Part shown: positions 9,214 through 20,634 of the stretch, piece by piece
How positions within the stretch are numbered: the first letter of the stretch is position 1
Layout: each line of letters opens with the position of its first letter
From: Nitrosopumilus sp.
GTDB lineage: Archaea > Thermoproteota > Nitrososphaeria > Nitrososphaerales > Nitrosopumilaceae
NCBI GenBank assembly: GCA_965218695.1
Contig: OZ244651.1
Span: forward strand, 1-64,000
DNA length: 64,000 bases
Direction: 5' to 3'
Program-made: the position numbers and the translations under genes
Notes under the pieces: model-generated
Seen by the model: only the letters and a program-made list of their open reading frames with translations
What the model was told of the DNA's origin: nothing
Databases searched by the model: none

Positions 9214-10620
9214 TTAGGCGTATTTTGCAATCTCCGCCAAGTAATCCAATTTCTTGTTTTTCCATGTCATTACACATGAAAAGAAATTCGCCATCCACGT
9301 CATCGTCTCCTCTGCCCTTATGCTGCCCCGTATTTTTCTGTGCACGACTATCTCGCGCAACCCGCGTTCTGCAGCATTGTTTGTAGGCGGGATCTTTGGG
9401 TTCAGCACGAACCGGAACAGGTCGCTGCCAGCATTGCTGATCTTGACCATGAATTTTTCCAATATTGGATCGTCGGCGTACCTTGCAACGATCTTTTCGA
9501 TGCATGACGTCAGCATGGCAGACGCGTTGTCCCGGAGAGAGCGCGAGCGTTTCCTGCTTGCCCTTCTGGCATAATCATAGATTATGCGCAGGTGCTTCAG
9601 GACGTTGCGCGCGCCTGGGCAGTCCGGATTGCGGTTGCAGATGTCCCTGGCCTCGCGTATTATGTGCGACCAGCAGCGCTGGACGCGGTATTTTCCGTAC
9701 GCCGTCCAGCCGTCGCACACTAACGTGCCGTCCCAACCCCCAAGCGCTTCTTTCAGAACCTTTGCCCCCCGGCTGTCCCGTATCACGTACAGCGCGTGCC
9801 CGGTCAGCGGATCGTGCAGTATCCACACCCAGACGTTGCGGCCGTTTAGGTGAATCGATGTCTCGTCGGCGTGCAGTATCTTGGCCTTGCGTATCATGGC
9901 GGCAATGGCTGCCGCAGGGGCGCCCAGCGACGTTCCCAGCCTGCGCATTATGTTGTGCGCCGTGCCCGAGGAGAGTGTAATTCCGTACCGCGACATGCGG
10001 TCTGCGATCATCCTAAACGGCATGCGACACACGTAATCGTCTGCAACATCAGTCGTTATGCTCGGATCGTAGCTGCCCTTGTCTGGAAGGCCGGTCTCGG
10101 GCTTGATGTCCACCAGACCGCAGGAGCAGCGACACGTGTTTATGGTGTGGCGCGTGGTGATGACCTTTATCGTGCGCTCCACCCTGGTAATGTCGCGTTT
10201 TTCTGACTGCACTATGGAAAGGCTACCCGAGCCGCATTCGGGGCAGGCCTCCGGGGTGTGTTCCTCAAACTCGGTGGGTTTTGGCTTGCGGGTGCGGCCC
10301 ATGTGGCCTTTTTGCCCCCCGCGCGACTTCCCGCTGCCGGCCGCATCCACGCGGTCCTTTTGATCCCGGGAGGCTTTTGTGGATTTATTGTAGGCATTCT
10401 TTTCGTCGCCTTTTCCCTTTGTGTCAGGCCATCCGGGCCCCCTTTTTTGTGATGACGGGGTGTTGTAATTGTCATGCCGCACCAGCCTGCGCTTAAGATC
10501 AGCAACTGCCAGATTCAATTCCTCAATTATCTGCCCTTGCATCTCAATCGTCTGCTTGAGCTTGATGTTCTCAGTCTTGAGATCCGTGTACATCTTTTTG
10601 AGTTCAGCCTGGCTTTTCAC
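9214..10620 (-). CDS. IS66-family transposase
   Basis: NTPSSQ, RGGQKGHMG, CPECG, HADETS, VCDGW, QRCWSH, TNNAAERGLR. Confidence 0.93.
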   Translation of the reverse strand: MKSQAELKKMYTDLKTENIKLKQTIEMQGQIIEELNLAVADLKRRLVRHDNYNTPSSQKRGPGWPDTKGKGDEKNAYNKSTKASRDQKDRVDAAGSGKSRGGQKGHMGRTRKPKPTEFEEHTPEACPECGSGSLSIVQSEKRDITRVERTIKVITTRHTINTCRCSCGLVDIKPETGLPDKGSYDPSITTDVADDYVCRMPFRMIADRMSRYGITLSSGTAHNIMRRLGTSLGAPAAAIAAMIRKAKILHADETSIHLNGRNVWVWILHDPLTGHALYVIRDSRGAKVLKEALGGWDGTLVCDGWTAYGKYRVQRCWSHIIREARDICNRNPDCPGARNVLKHLRIIYDYARRASRKRSRSLRDNASAMLTSCIEKIVARYADDPILEKFMVKISNAGSDLFRFVLNPKIPPTNNAAERGLREIVVHRKIRGSIRAEETMTWMANFFSCVMTWKNKKLDYLAEIAKYA

Positions 10621-11204
10621 ATCGGGTTTGGATTACCATCCTATTTGGATCTGTGGTTTGCACAAAATTTACCCAAGAGTGAACTGAATTAGGCACGACG
10701 TGAACACTTACAAATCATAAATATTAATGACTTTCATCTCCTGCAAACTTACCAAAACACAAAGGCAATCATGTTTTATCGTAATGGCTCCAAATCATCA
10801 TATTATCTCTTGAACCAGAAATAGATTCCCAGCAAGGCACCGCCCCCAATAACTCCAAATATTATATTTATTGTCATAAAGGTCGAAGACTCATCCAACA
10901 AATCCTCCATGCTGCACAATTGTGGGGGACAAATAAAAAGCAATGCCGGCAACTGCCGTACGCGAAAAAATAATTCCTGTCTCAATTCAATACCGTGTTT
11001 TCAAAATACTTTCTGTATGTCCTAGAAATTGCTGATAAATTCCGGGTGTGCCGAGTCAATCACACGCTCAGGGACAGTCTTATTTTTTGCATATCGGCAT
11101 GCGATGCGGTTCTTTTGCAGCCTCGTTCATGACGATGTCACAAAAATCAGAGACGGCGTACCATACCGGAGCAATCCATCAGGGTTTCCAGAAATGGTCC
11201 GGAA

Positions 11205-12041
11205 TCAGATGGAAAGCATGCACACCTCGATCCATCCGCTTTGGCGGGGCTTGAACAGCGTGCTTTCAGGTACTCTTTCCTGCTCCATCCGGCCCATGTC
11301 GTAATGCTGGAGCAGTTTGCCGCCAAGGCGTTCTGCGCGGACGGTTATGTCATCGACATCATATCTTGCAATATGTGCAATGTCAGCATCGCTGGCAATC
11401 AGATCAAACGGATACCGTGCTATGGGCAGCCGGTCCTTGGAGATCTTCTCGGACGGGATGAAATACTCCAGAATGATCCGGTTTGTCCCGGACGCACTCT
11501 TTAGCATGCCGATCGTCTTCCAGAGTGCATCGACTGTCAGATAGTACGATATGCCTTCAAGGACCATAAGCGATGGTGCATCAGGATTCCATCCCGACTC
11601 TAGGAGGCTTGGCATGATGGCGTCTGTATTGGACAGGTCAAGAGTAATGCACTTGATAGAGTCTGTGATTGACGGGTTGATCGACTGCAGCATGGCAGTC
11701 TTTGTGTCCATGTTTGCAACATCAATCTCAAATATTTTGCAGTCGGCATGGCGCGCATGGATCTCCAGCGAGAGAGGATCAAGCCCTGCGCCCAGTATGG
11801 CGACCTGCTCGATTCCGTCGTTTGCAATTGCACGGCAGGCCAGATTTAGGATGCATGACTTTCTGTTTTTTACTACATGGTGGTAGTGGGGCCAGTAACT
11901 GACACATTTTTCAAAAAGTTCCCTTCCCGAACCCAGATCCAGCATATCAAGGAATCTTCTTGCAGTATCGCTTGTGTGCACCTGTCCGTCGGCCATCATG
12001 CTTATCAGGGCAGAAGTCGAGGAGATATTCTTGACCTTCAA
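11205..12041 (-). CDS. class I SAM-dependent methyltransferase (leucine carboxyl methyltransferase-like family)
   Basis: QVAILGAGLD, FEIDV, LEGISYYL motifs. Confidence 0.85.
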   Translation of the reverse strand: MKVKNISSTSALISMMADGQVHTSDTARRFLDMLDLGSGRELFEKCVSYWPHYHHVVKNRKSCILNLACRAIANDGIEQVAILGAGLDPLSLEIHARHADCKIFEIDVANMDTKTAMLQSINPSITDSIKCITLDLSNTDAIMPSLLESGWNPDAPSLMVLEGISYYLTVDALWKTIGMLKSASGTNRIILEYFIPSEKISKDRLPIARYPFDLIASDADIAHIARYDVDDITVRAERLGGKLLQHYDMGRMEQERVPESTLFKPRQSGWIEVCMLSI

Positions 12042-12347
12042 TTAAAAATTGGGCGGGCATGGAGGTTTTATAGATTGTGTGTTGGGTAATAGCTGCACCC
12101 GTCTCGGTCTGCAGGCTGCATTCTCCCGTAATTCAAATATATCAGAGCCGCGAACATAACATGATGGCTCTAAGAGACATGCTGAAAAGGTACTGTATTC
12201 TCAAGAAGGTAAGGGAATCATCATACGATGAGGACTAGGTCTGAGACTGTTTTGGGTACATCAGGGATGATGATGTATCCAACACCACATCCATAACTGT
12301 TCAGGAGTAAAGGAATAATTATTCAGGGAACAGACACGGTAGATGTC

Positions 12348-13736
12348 ATGAGAATATCAGATACGCTTACCGCACAGGACATGGAGATGGAATTTGGAGA
12401 CTGCGTCAGGGTATACCTGTGCGGGGTGACGGTGTACGATGAGGCGCACGTGGGGCATGCAAGGACCATAATCGTCTTTGACGTGCTGCGCAGGTACCTG
12501 GAGAGCATGGGCCATGCAGTCGACATGGTGCAGAACTTTACAGACGTCGATGACAAGATAATAAACAGGGCCAGGATGGAGAAGAGGCCCGCAGCAGAGA
12601 TTACCGAGAGGTACATACAAAACTACCACAGGGACTTTGACGCGCTCAACGTCAAAAGGGCACGGGCGTATCCAAGGGCCACAGAGCACATTGAAGACAT
12701 GATTCGACTCATCGGGGATCTGGTTCAGAAGGGCATGGCGTACGCCAGCAGGAACGGCGTCTATTTTGCAGTCTCCAGGTTTGCAGGGTATGGCAAGCTC
12801 TCCAAGAAGAGGACAGAGGACCTGCAGGCAGGGGCCAGGGTGGGAATTGACGAGGACAAGCGCGATCCGCTGGATTTTGCGCTGTGGAAGTTTGCAGACG
12901 ACGGGCCGGCATGGGACAGCCCGTGGGGGCGCGGCCGTCCGGGATGGCACATAGAGTGCTCTGCCATGAGCGTCAAGTATCTTGGAGCCGACTTTGACAT
13001 ACACGGGGGCGGAAGGGATCTGATATTTCCCCATCACGAAAACGAGATAGCGCAGTCGGAGGGACATTCGGGGGACCGGTTTGCAAGAACGTGGATGCAT
13101 GTGGGAATGGTTACGATAAACGGGGACAAGATGTCAAAGTCCATGGACAACATAAAGTCAGTCCGGCATGTCCTGGAAGACTGGGGCCCAAACACCATAC
13201 GCCTGTTCTGCCTGTCAGGCCATTATTCGAAGCCGATCGACTACACCGGCAGGCTGCTCAGGGAGAGCCTGACCAGATGGAGGCAGCTGGAGACGGCATA
13301 CGCCGAGCTGATTCATGCACGGGGCAGCGGGGATGCCGGGGATGCGGCACGTATGGTGCAGGAGTGCAGGAGGGAGTTTGCACGGGGGCTGGAGGGGAAT
13401 TTCAACACGCATGAGGCGTTGTCTGCATTCTTCAAGATGGTCAAGGAGGTAAACAGGCTGGCATCAGACGGACAGATGACACAGAACGCATCAGAGGTCA
13501 TAATGCCGGAGGTGAAGCACTGCATGGGTATCCTGGGACTGGACATACCTGAGATGACAGAAGGGTACATCGCATCAGTCAACGGCATGATCCAGAAGAG
13601 GAAGGATTTGAGGGAGTCCGGGCAGTACGACGAGGCAGACAGGATAAGAGAGCAGATATCAGAGATGGGCATCGAGCTGCTGGACCACAAATCAGGAACG
13701 TCCTGGATAAAAAAAGAAAAGATCAGAGCCGAGTGA
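12348..13736 (+). CDS. cysS: cysteine--tRNA ligase
   Basis: YLCGVTVYD..HVGH, GRPGWHIECSAM, HGGGRDLIFPHHENE, KMSKS. Confidence 0.97.
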   Translation: MRISDTLTAQDMEMEFGDCVRVYLCGVTVYDEAHVGHARTIIVFDVLRRYLESMGHAVDMVQNFTDVDDKIINRARMEKRPAAEITERYIQNYHRDFDALNVKRARAYPRATEHIEDMIRLIGDLVQKGMAYASRNGVYFAVSRFAGYGKLSKKRTEDLQAGARVGIDEDKRDPLDFALWKFADDGPAWDSPWGRGRPGWHIECSAMSVKYLGADFDIHGGGRDLIFPHHENEIAQSEGHSGDRFARTWMHVGMVTINGDKMSKSMDNIKSVRHVLEDWGPNTIRLFCLSGHYSKPIDYTGRLLRESLTRWRQLETAYAELIHARGSGDAGDAARMVQECRREFARGLEGNFNTHEALSAFFKMVKEVNRLASDGQMTQNASEVIMPEVKHCMGILGLDIPEMTEGYIASVNGMIQKRKDLRESGQYDEADRIREQISEMGIELLDHKSGTSWIKKEKIRAE

Positions 13737-13824
13737 CGGAGCAGCTCATGGGTTTTGCCAGGCCGCACTACACATAGGCGTGACGTTCAGGCTCATTATA
13801 CGCATTTCGGGATTCGGGTATGGA

Positions 13825-14909
13825 TCAGGGCTGCGGGTTCCATGTGCCGCCTGCAGTATCCCCATGCCCGTACTCTGACAGGAGGGCAGACATCACGTCG
13901 GCCTCCTGAAGCAGGGTCACATCCCCAATCAGGCCGGCCTCTTGGGAGAAGTATGCAGAGAACTCTTCAATCACGGCAGCGTAGTCGGGGGAGACTGTCA
14001 GCGGTATGGACTGCCTCTCCCACTGTCCCAATGAGACCCCCACATGCTCAGGCACGCGAAGCCCCTCATCGTACAGGTAGTCAGAGACATCATGCGTGTT
14101 TCCGGCATGGCGGCTGCGCTCATCGTACGCCCAGGTCTTCATCAGGTCGGCATACCTGGAAAGCAGTATGCCCTTTTGTATTCCCGAGTTCTGGTAGTGG
14201 GGCTCGTCATCAATGCTTACAAGCACGGTGCTGCTGTCTATCCTGCCGTCCCGGTCGATATAGCTGGCACTCAGCTCAAGGGCTGCTGCATCAGACACCT
14301 TGTCCATCTTTACCAGGATGATCCCGCCCCTAGTCTCCCCGTCGCGTACCCGGGACGGGAACAGCGTGTTGACATGTATCAGGTCGTCTGTAAAGGAGTC
14401 AGACTCGGGTACGCCATACACGTCTAGAACCTCGTATCCGTCGGTGTCAAGGCGCAGCGTCAGGTCAAAGACCAGCGGGGTGACCATGAACTCAAACTCG
14501 TCAGTCATCCTCTCGAGAAACTCAGACGAGGAGTGCACCGAGTAGTAGTTGGCGCCCCGGACGTCGGTGATGTACTCTACGAGCTCGGTGTTAAAGTCGA
14601 CTCCGATGCCGATTACGGTGGTGTAGATCTTCTTTTCTGCGTTCCACTCTATCAGGTTGAACAGCTGATCCCGTTGTATGCTGCCGGTGTTTGGCATGGC
14701 GTCGGTCAGAAAGATTATCCTGTTTTCGTATCCGGGCTGGTCGGACTCTATTATCTCGTCAAACAGGGATGTGCCCATTGTTATTCCGGCAGCCATGTTC
14801 GTGCCCCCGCTCGAATATATCTCAAGAATGTTTTTTGCCAGCGTGTCCCGGTCGGTGTCACCCATGCTCTCAAGCGGCTTTGCCAGGTGTCCGGCGTTAC
14901 TGAACAGTA
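13825..14909 (-). pseudogene. 3' part of IS630-interrupted LivJ-like/VWA fusion gene (rest of VWA domain)
   Basis: Resumes in frame as LFSNAGHLAKPLESMG; GGTNM, FLTDAMPN VWA motifs. Confidence 0.85.
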
Positions 14910-16162
14910 TACCAGCAATGAAAAATTCATATCAAAATCGCTCATAAATTTTTGATGCGACATCCATCTCTGGAAATTACGAGGTGCGTTGAATTCCCAA
15001 ATGACGAGAAAAGACGCCCCGAACATTAGACATTGCATGCTCTGATGCGCCGTGCATGGCACACGCTAGGCGGCGTGGATCCGGTGTGGTTTGATGTCGT
15101 TCTAGATGGCCCTGTACAGAAAATTCTCGACTACCAGATTCGGTTTTTTGTACCTCGTGTACCGGGTGATCGCCTCGCGGAGCATGCTCAGGCTGGTGTA
15201 CTGCACGTCAAGCACTGCCCGTTTGAGATCCCTCCAGTACGTCTCTATGGCGCTCAGGTCCGGGGTCGCAGTTGGCAGGAAGATTATCTCCAGGCCGTCT
15301 GTGCCATCAAGCAGTTTGCGTATGTTTGATGCCCTGTGCTGGGAGGCCTTGTCCATGATCAGGCAGATCTTCTTGAACCTGTACATCGCCTGCCTTAGAA
15401 AGTCCTCAAAGGTGTCCTTGGTAAACGCATCGTACTGCCGGAACATGCCCCTGCCGTCCGTGGTGATTAGTCCATGGATTATCGTCTTGGAGTGTGAGCC
15501 GGTGTACGTGAAAAACGCCCGTATTCCCTTCCTGGTGTAGCCGCGTCTTCGCGGCCGCGCATCGGAGATTACTATGGACTCGTCCTGTATCGCTACGACT
15601 GTTCCTTCACTGTTCTTTTTTTATAATCTCTGGCATCTCTTTTTGGAATTTCCTGATCTCCTCGTCAGGTGCCCTTCTTGCATGTTTTCCTACGGGAACC
15701 TTTTGGGAATAGCCCCACCCGCGCAGTATCTGGCGCACATATCCGAGTTCGTACTTTACTCCGGTCTTCTGTTGGATGTATTGCTGCATCTCCCTGCCCG
15801 TCCAGACCGGTTTACTGCATGCGGCCTTTCTGATCTTCTTCATGTCTGCCTTGCTCGCCTTGGTCGGCCTGCCGGAGCGCGGCATGTTTCCCAGCCTGTC
15901 AAATCCGACTTCCAGGTAGCGCTCGTGCCACTTGTAGCCCCACGAGGCTGACTTTCCCAGGGATTTTGCAGAATCCCTCATGGTTATTCCATCACGTTTG
16001 ACTCTGATGATCAGCATCATGCGGTCCTTGGTATCGCAGTCTGTCTCAGCGGTGTATCTTTTCAACATCGTCTTGATCTTCATTGACTGTGGGACGTGAA
16101 ATTGGTATAACTCTAGATGCGGTAAAATATGTGACAATCGCATCAACTTTTCACTTTTGGTA
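14910..16162 (-). mobile_element. IS630-family element (two-ORF, frameshifted transposase)
   Basis: Imperfect TIR TACCAGCAATGAAAAATTCAT / TACCAAAAGTGAAAAGTTGAT; TA duplication at 14908-14909 and 16163-16164. Confidence 0.9.
15102..16083 (-). CDS. IS630 transposase, HTH part (16083-15607) joined to DDE part by frameshift at an A7 tract (15616-15622)
   Basis: ORF A has PRSGRP/HTH; shifted frame gives IQDES ... MDKASQH ... PDLSAIETYW. Confidence 0.85.
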
Positions 16163-18259
16163 TACTATCCCCAGCCGGTCCTCGTCAGTCAGGTGATCCA
16201 GGAGTCCCACCACGGACTCGTTTGCAATTGCCATCTTTGATCTGATAAAGTCATCCCCCGGGTTGTCACGCAGTACGGGGTTTCCATGCTGGTCATAGTG
16301 GTACTGGTTGAACGGGGAGCTCATGGAGCCGGAGACGTCCATGACGATGACCAGGTTGAGGTTCTTGCGCTCAAAGTCGGCCTCCTTCAGGCCGGAGTTG
16401 AGTCCCACTGACAGGTAGTACTGGTTCTGATCCAGGAACGGATCCGCAGACACTGCAGTCGCATAGGACGGGCAGAACAGCTTTTCACATTCCTGGGCGG
16501 CTCCGGTATCAAAGTAGTAGTCATAGAACAGGCCCTCATGTGTGACATCGGTGTACAGTGGGAGAAAATCGGCAGCTATGTTTGCCCTAAAGTTGTCAAT
16601 GTCCTTGGCACCCCCGACTGCAAACCCCAAAGACTGATCGGACAAGGCAGAGGAGGCACCACCCCCGATATTCCCGATCTTGCCCGAAGGTGCGCTGGGG
16701 GCCGGACTGAACTGGGGTGCAGATTCCTCCATCATTTCGTCGCCCTGTGAATTCCAAGTGTCCGAGCCGGGTTCTGCTGTTTGCGGCATCATTACAGGCT
16801 CGGGTGCCACGGTGCCACCACGCACCCACACGCCATCCTCAACTGTCCACAAGGCATACGTCATGCTGTCCCGGTCGCCTGCGTCATTGAACGATATGGG
16901 GCCGCCGCCGCTGCTTGCCCCAACGTAGTTTTGGGCCACGTGCGGGATGGCCTCTGCCACGTCAGATACGGTGTCCCCCTGCACCTCAAGGATTGCATGT
17001 CCGATTAGCTGCACGACGTCGTATGCCATCAGGGCATATACGCTGGGAGTCCTGCCGATGGAAGCGGCGACATGCTCGGATACACGGGCGCCAATCTCGC
17101 TTTCAGGCGCCGTGGGCTGAACCGACACAAACTCCACGTCCTCTGCAAAGTCCAGGCCGTCCTGGTTGTCATGAATGATCGTGTTTATGTCGGCCCCGAA
17201 CCACTTTACGGCATTTAGAATGTCATGGGAGGGGGAGGGGGAGGGGGAGGATGCCCGTTCCAAAAAGTCGTAACTCTCCTCAAACCCTACAAACAAGACC
17301 CCGACCTTGGAAGGGTCGTAGGATTCAAGGCGTTCTGCCACGCTGTCTGCCAGCATCTGTACGGTGGCATCATCAAACTCTCCGGACACGTCATACAGCA
17401 CGTGCAAGCCTGCAGCCTGTCCTCCCAGCTCGAGAAATCTTGCATCTGCAGAGTCAAGTATGTCGGTAATCCACGGGGCATCCCTGCCGACAGTCACCAT
17501 GGCCGCGATTCCCTCGTCGTGCATCACCTCTGCAAGCGCACGTCCGTGGTTTGCCTGATCCGCGCTTATGCGAAGCAGCGCATCATCGGCTATGCTGTGG
17601 GATACTACGACAGAACAGCAGCTGAAGAGCAGCATGCCGTTGTCATTGGCATAGTCCAGTGCCTCCTGGTTGAATATGTCAATTGACGGGCCGTTGACGA
17701 TCTTTACTCTCTTCTCGTTGAGCGACATCAGGCTGTTCAACTGATCACCGCCGCTAGTCATGCTGTCATGGGAGTCCATCCCAAGACGCCACGTCTCCCC
17801 CATCTCCTCAAGAAGTTCGTTAAAGTCAGACACTGCCAGCTCCGAGCCTGCCAGGATGGCTTGCCCGTATCCGGCAGCGCCGCCGGTCAGGGGCGTGATT
17901 GCCCCTATGGTGATGGTGTCAGTGACTGGGTCTGCGGCGGGTTCATCGCGCGGGGCCAGATCCAGGCCGTACTCCAGCAGGCGCTCATACGTGGACGGGG
18001 TAAGGCATACGGGAGTATCGGTGTTTTTTATGTACAGCTCGTTTGGCATGTTGCACATGATGGCATCAAGCGGGACGCCGTCGCGTTGCTGCTGTAACGG
18101 GGACGGGTGTCTCCCGTCAATGCCGGAGGAATCGCCTGCATATGCAAAACCCACAGGGTAGAGTCCCACCAGAAGGGCGGCTGCAAGCAGGGCGATAACT
18201 TTGGGATTAATTCTAAAAGATATTCTTGTCACGACGGGTATTATTGCTACGGACACCAT
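16163..18259 (-). pseudogene. 5' part of secreted protein: thaumarchaeal SPLxQ-Cys motif + branched-chain-amino-acid ABC substrate-binding domain + start of VWA domain
   Basis: Signal peptide; TIGAITPLTG, YALMAYD, FNDAGDR (LivJ-like); MIDAS DVSGSMS; truncated at IS630. Confidence 0.85.
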
Positions 18260-18393
18260 TAAAAGGCATTACTTGCAGCGTCGTCTGCAAGATCAGGCAT
18301 GATGATGATGATTATTATTTACATGTCCATGCGTGTCCCGGACACGCGCAGATCAAGGAAAACGCAGCATGCCTGCAAAAGGCCGGCAGTGCC

Positions 18394-18432
18394 TGGTGGT
18401 GGTGGTGGTGGTGGTGGCGGCGGCGGCGGCGG
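18394..18432. repeat. (TGG)8(CGG)5 microsatellite
   Basis: Directly visible, intergenic, just past the yyaL-like stop codon. Confidence 0.9.
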
Positions 18433-18439
18433 TGCAAGA

Positions 18440-20479
18440 TCACAGGTGCTTTTCTACGTCGTCAATGGTGTACATGGGGGGGATGCATGAAAGGTCCCTG
18501 CAGACAAGGACCGACGTCCTGGGCTCAAACTCTTTTCCTGCAAAGAACGGGTATTCGGACAGCCCTGCCAGCTGGCCGGGATTCTGGACGGTGACCAGAA
18601 ACGCGTTTGGCATGTAGCGCAAAAGAAGGGACCGGCACAGTTCCTGGTTCTCTGGGTTGATGACGGTTATCTCGACTGGTTTTTGCAGATAGGTCGATGT
18701 GACGTTGAGCAGGTATCCGAACGCGAACGGGTTCCGCGCAGCCTCCTCTGCGTTGGATCTTATCACACGGGTGCAGATCTCAAGGAACTCTGTCTCCTGG
18801 GACAAGTGGTACAGCCTGAGCATGACTTGCGCGGAGACCGAGTTTCCTGACGGCAGCGAGAGATCGTACCTGTTCTTGGGGCGGACTATCAGGGCCTCGT
18901 GGGCATCAGAAGTCATCAAAAAGCTGTTACTGTCAGGATCCCAAAAGTGTCCTGTCAGGCGGCGGCCAAGCCTTACGGAGAGTCTCAGGTACCGGGCATC
19001 AGGCTCGATCTCAAAGACGTCCAACAGTGCGTTTATCAGGCACGCGTAATCCTCAAGGTACCCGTCAATCTTTGCCGTGCGGTCCTTGTAGGTGTGCAAA
19101 AGGGTATCGCCGTTAATGAGATTATTTTCGATAAACGAGACGCACGCCTTGGCGGCCTCAAGGTACCTTGCGTTGCCTGTGACCCTGTACCCGCGGGCAA
19201 GCGCGGTGACCATCAGTGCGTTCCACGAGACCAGCACCTTGTCATCAAGCCCGGGAGGCGTCCGTCCGGAGCGGGCATCCAGCAGTTTTTTGGAGCACTC
19301 TGCCAGTATCTGGCCTACCTTCTGCTCGGGGATTCCAAACTTGAATGCGACAGCAGAGATGTTGATGTTGTTGCACAGGATGTTGTTTCCCTCCCAGTTG
19401 CCCCCGTCAGTCACGTCATAGAACAGGCAGAATAGATCCGCATCGTCCCCGAGGATCCGTCGTATCTCGCCCTTTGTCCAGACGTAGAATTTTCCCTCCG
19501 TCCCCTCAGAGTCTGCGTCATACGCAGAGTAGAACCCGCCCTCAGGCGAGGTCATCTCGCGCAGTACAAAGTCCAGCGTCTTTTGCATGACACCAAGGTA
19601 GAACGAGTCACCGGTTATCTGGTACGCCTCTGCATAGTTTACCGGAATCAGGGCGTTGTCGTATAGCATCTTTTCAAAATGCGGTGCAAACCACCGTGCG
19701 TCAGTAGAGTACCGGTGAAAGCCGCCCCCTATCTGATCAAATATTCCGCCCTTTGCCATCTTGGTGAGGGTCTTGAGCGCAAACTCCCGGAATCTGGGCA
19801 GTTTCGAGAATTCAGAGTAGGCAAACAGGAACGAGATGCAGGCGGCGTTGGGAAACTTGGGGGCAGAGCCAAAGCCCCCGTAAATCGAGTCGCCCATTCC
19901 AAGCAGGTTCATTGCAGCCTCGTCAAGTATTATCCTGTCCAGGTCGCCGCCGGGTCCGGGAGCTGCCGCATCCTCCTCCCCCCTCTGCATTGCGCCGACA
20001 AACTCATCTGCCCTCCTTTTGATGTCGGCAGGCTTCTCCTTCCATGCCTGCGAGAGCTGCCTGCAGATGCTTCCAAATCCCGGGCGGCCGTAGGAGTCCA
20101 GTACCGGAAAGTACGTTCCGACGTAGAAGGGCTTTTGATCGGGGGTAAGAAAGACGCTCAGGGGCCACCCGCCCTGGCCTGTTGCCATCTGGCATGCCTT
20201 CTGGTATATGTCATCGATGTCTGGCCTCTCCTCCCGGTCTACCTTGATGTTTACAAAATTCTCATTCATGTGTTTGGCGACGTCATCGTCTTCAAAGGAC
20301 TCGTGTGCCATCACGTGGCACCAGTGGCACGAGCTGTACCCTATGCTCAAAAAGATCGGCTTGTTCTCATCTCTTGCCTTCCGGAGAGCCTCGTCGTTCC
20401 ATGCATACCAGTCCACGGGATTGTGGGCATGCTGGAGCAGGTAGGGACTAGTCTCGTTGATGAGGCTGTTTTGCGTCAC
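18440..20479 (-). CDS. thioredoxin-domain protein, YyaL/SSP411 family
   Basis: [41 protein letters not shown]. Confidence 0.95.
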   Translation of the reverse strand: MTQNSLINETSPYLLQHAHNPVDWYAWNDEALRKARDENKPIFLSIGYSSCHWCHVMAHESFEDDDVAKHMNENFVNIKVDREERPDIDDIYQKACQMATGQGGWPLSVFLTPDQKPFYVGTYFPVLDSYGRPGFGSICRQLSQAWKEKPADIKRRADEFVGAMQRGEEDAAAPGPGGDLDRIILDEAAMNLLGMGDSIYGGFGSAPKFPNAACISFLFAYSEFSKLPRFREFALKTLTKMAKGGIFDQIGGGFHRYSTDARWFAPHFEKMLYDNALIPVNYAEAYQITGDSFYLGVMQKTLDFVLREMTSPEGGFYSAYDADSEGTEGKFYVWTKGEIRRILGDDADLFCLFYDVTDGGNWEGNNILCNNINISAVAFKFGIPEQKVGQILAECSKKLLDARSGRTPPGLDDKVLVSWNALMVTALARGYRVTGNARYLEAAKACVSFIENNLINGDTLLHTYKDRTAKIDGYLEDYACLINALLDVFEIEPDARYLRLSVRLGRRLTGHFWDPDSNSFLMTSDAHEALIVRPKNRYDLSLPSGNSVSAQVMLRLYHLSQETEFLEICTRVIRSNAEEAARNPFAFGYLLNVTSTYLQKPVEITVINPENQELCRSLLLRYMPNAFLVTVQNPGQLAGLSEYPFFAGKEFEPRTSVLVCRDLSCIPPMYTIDDVEKHL

Positions 20480-20634
20480 AATAACCCGAACGCTTCATGA
20501 TATTTGTATCTAATTGAACCAGTCGCAATGCAGGCAAGTCCTCAGGGCGTGGGGCACTCCGCCCTGAACCGGAGCCTTATGTGGGGGGGAAGTGAACAAC
20601 TTTCTGGACTATACAGGCACGCTTTGCAATCATA

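Larger units (their letters stand above)
6919..10711 (-). mobile_element. outer IS66-family element (single-ORF, ISBst12-like) carrying a nested IS66
   Basis: TIR GTAAGTGTTCACGT at 6919 / ACGTGAACACTTAC ending 10711; 8-bp TSD AAATCATA (6911-6918, 10712-10719). Confidence 0.92.

Noticed and set aside
12161-12310. Possible C/D-box sRNA (ATGATG boxes) upstream of cysS
   Set aside because: No properly spaced terminal CTGA D box or terminal stem.
20542-20567. Hairpin TCAGGGCG-N10-CGCCCTGA
   Set aside because: Single occurrence; cannot distinguish a terminator, an IS605 end remnant or chance.
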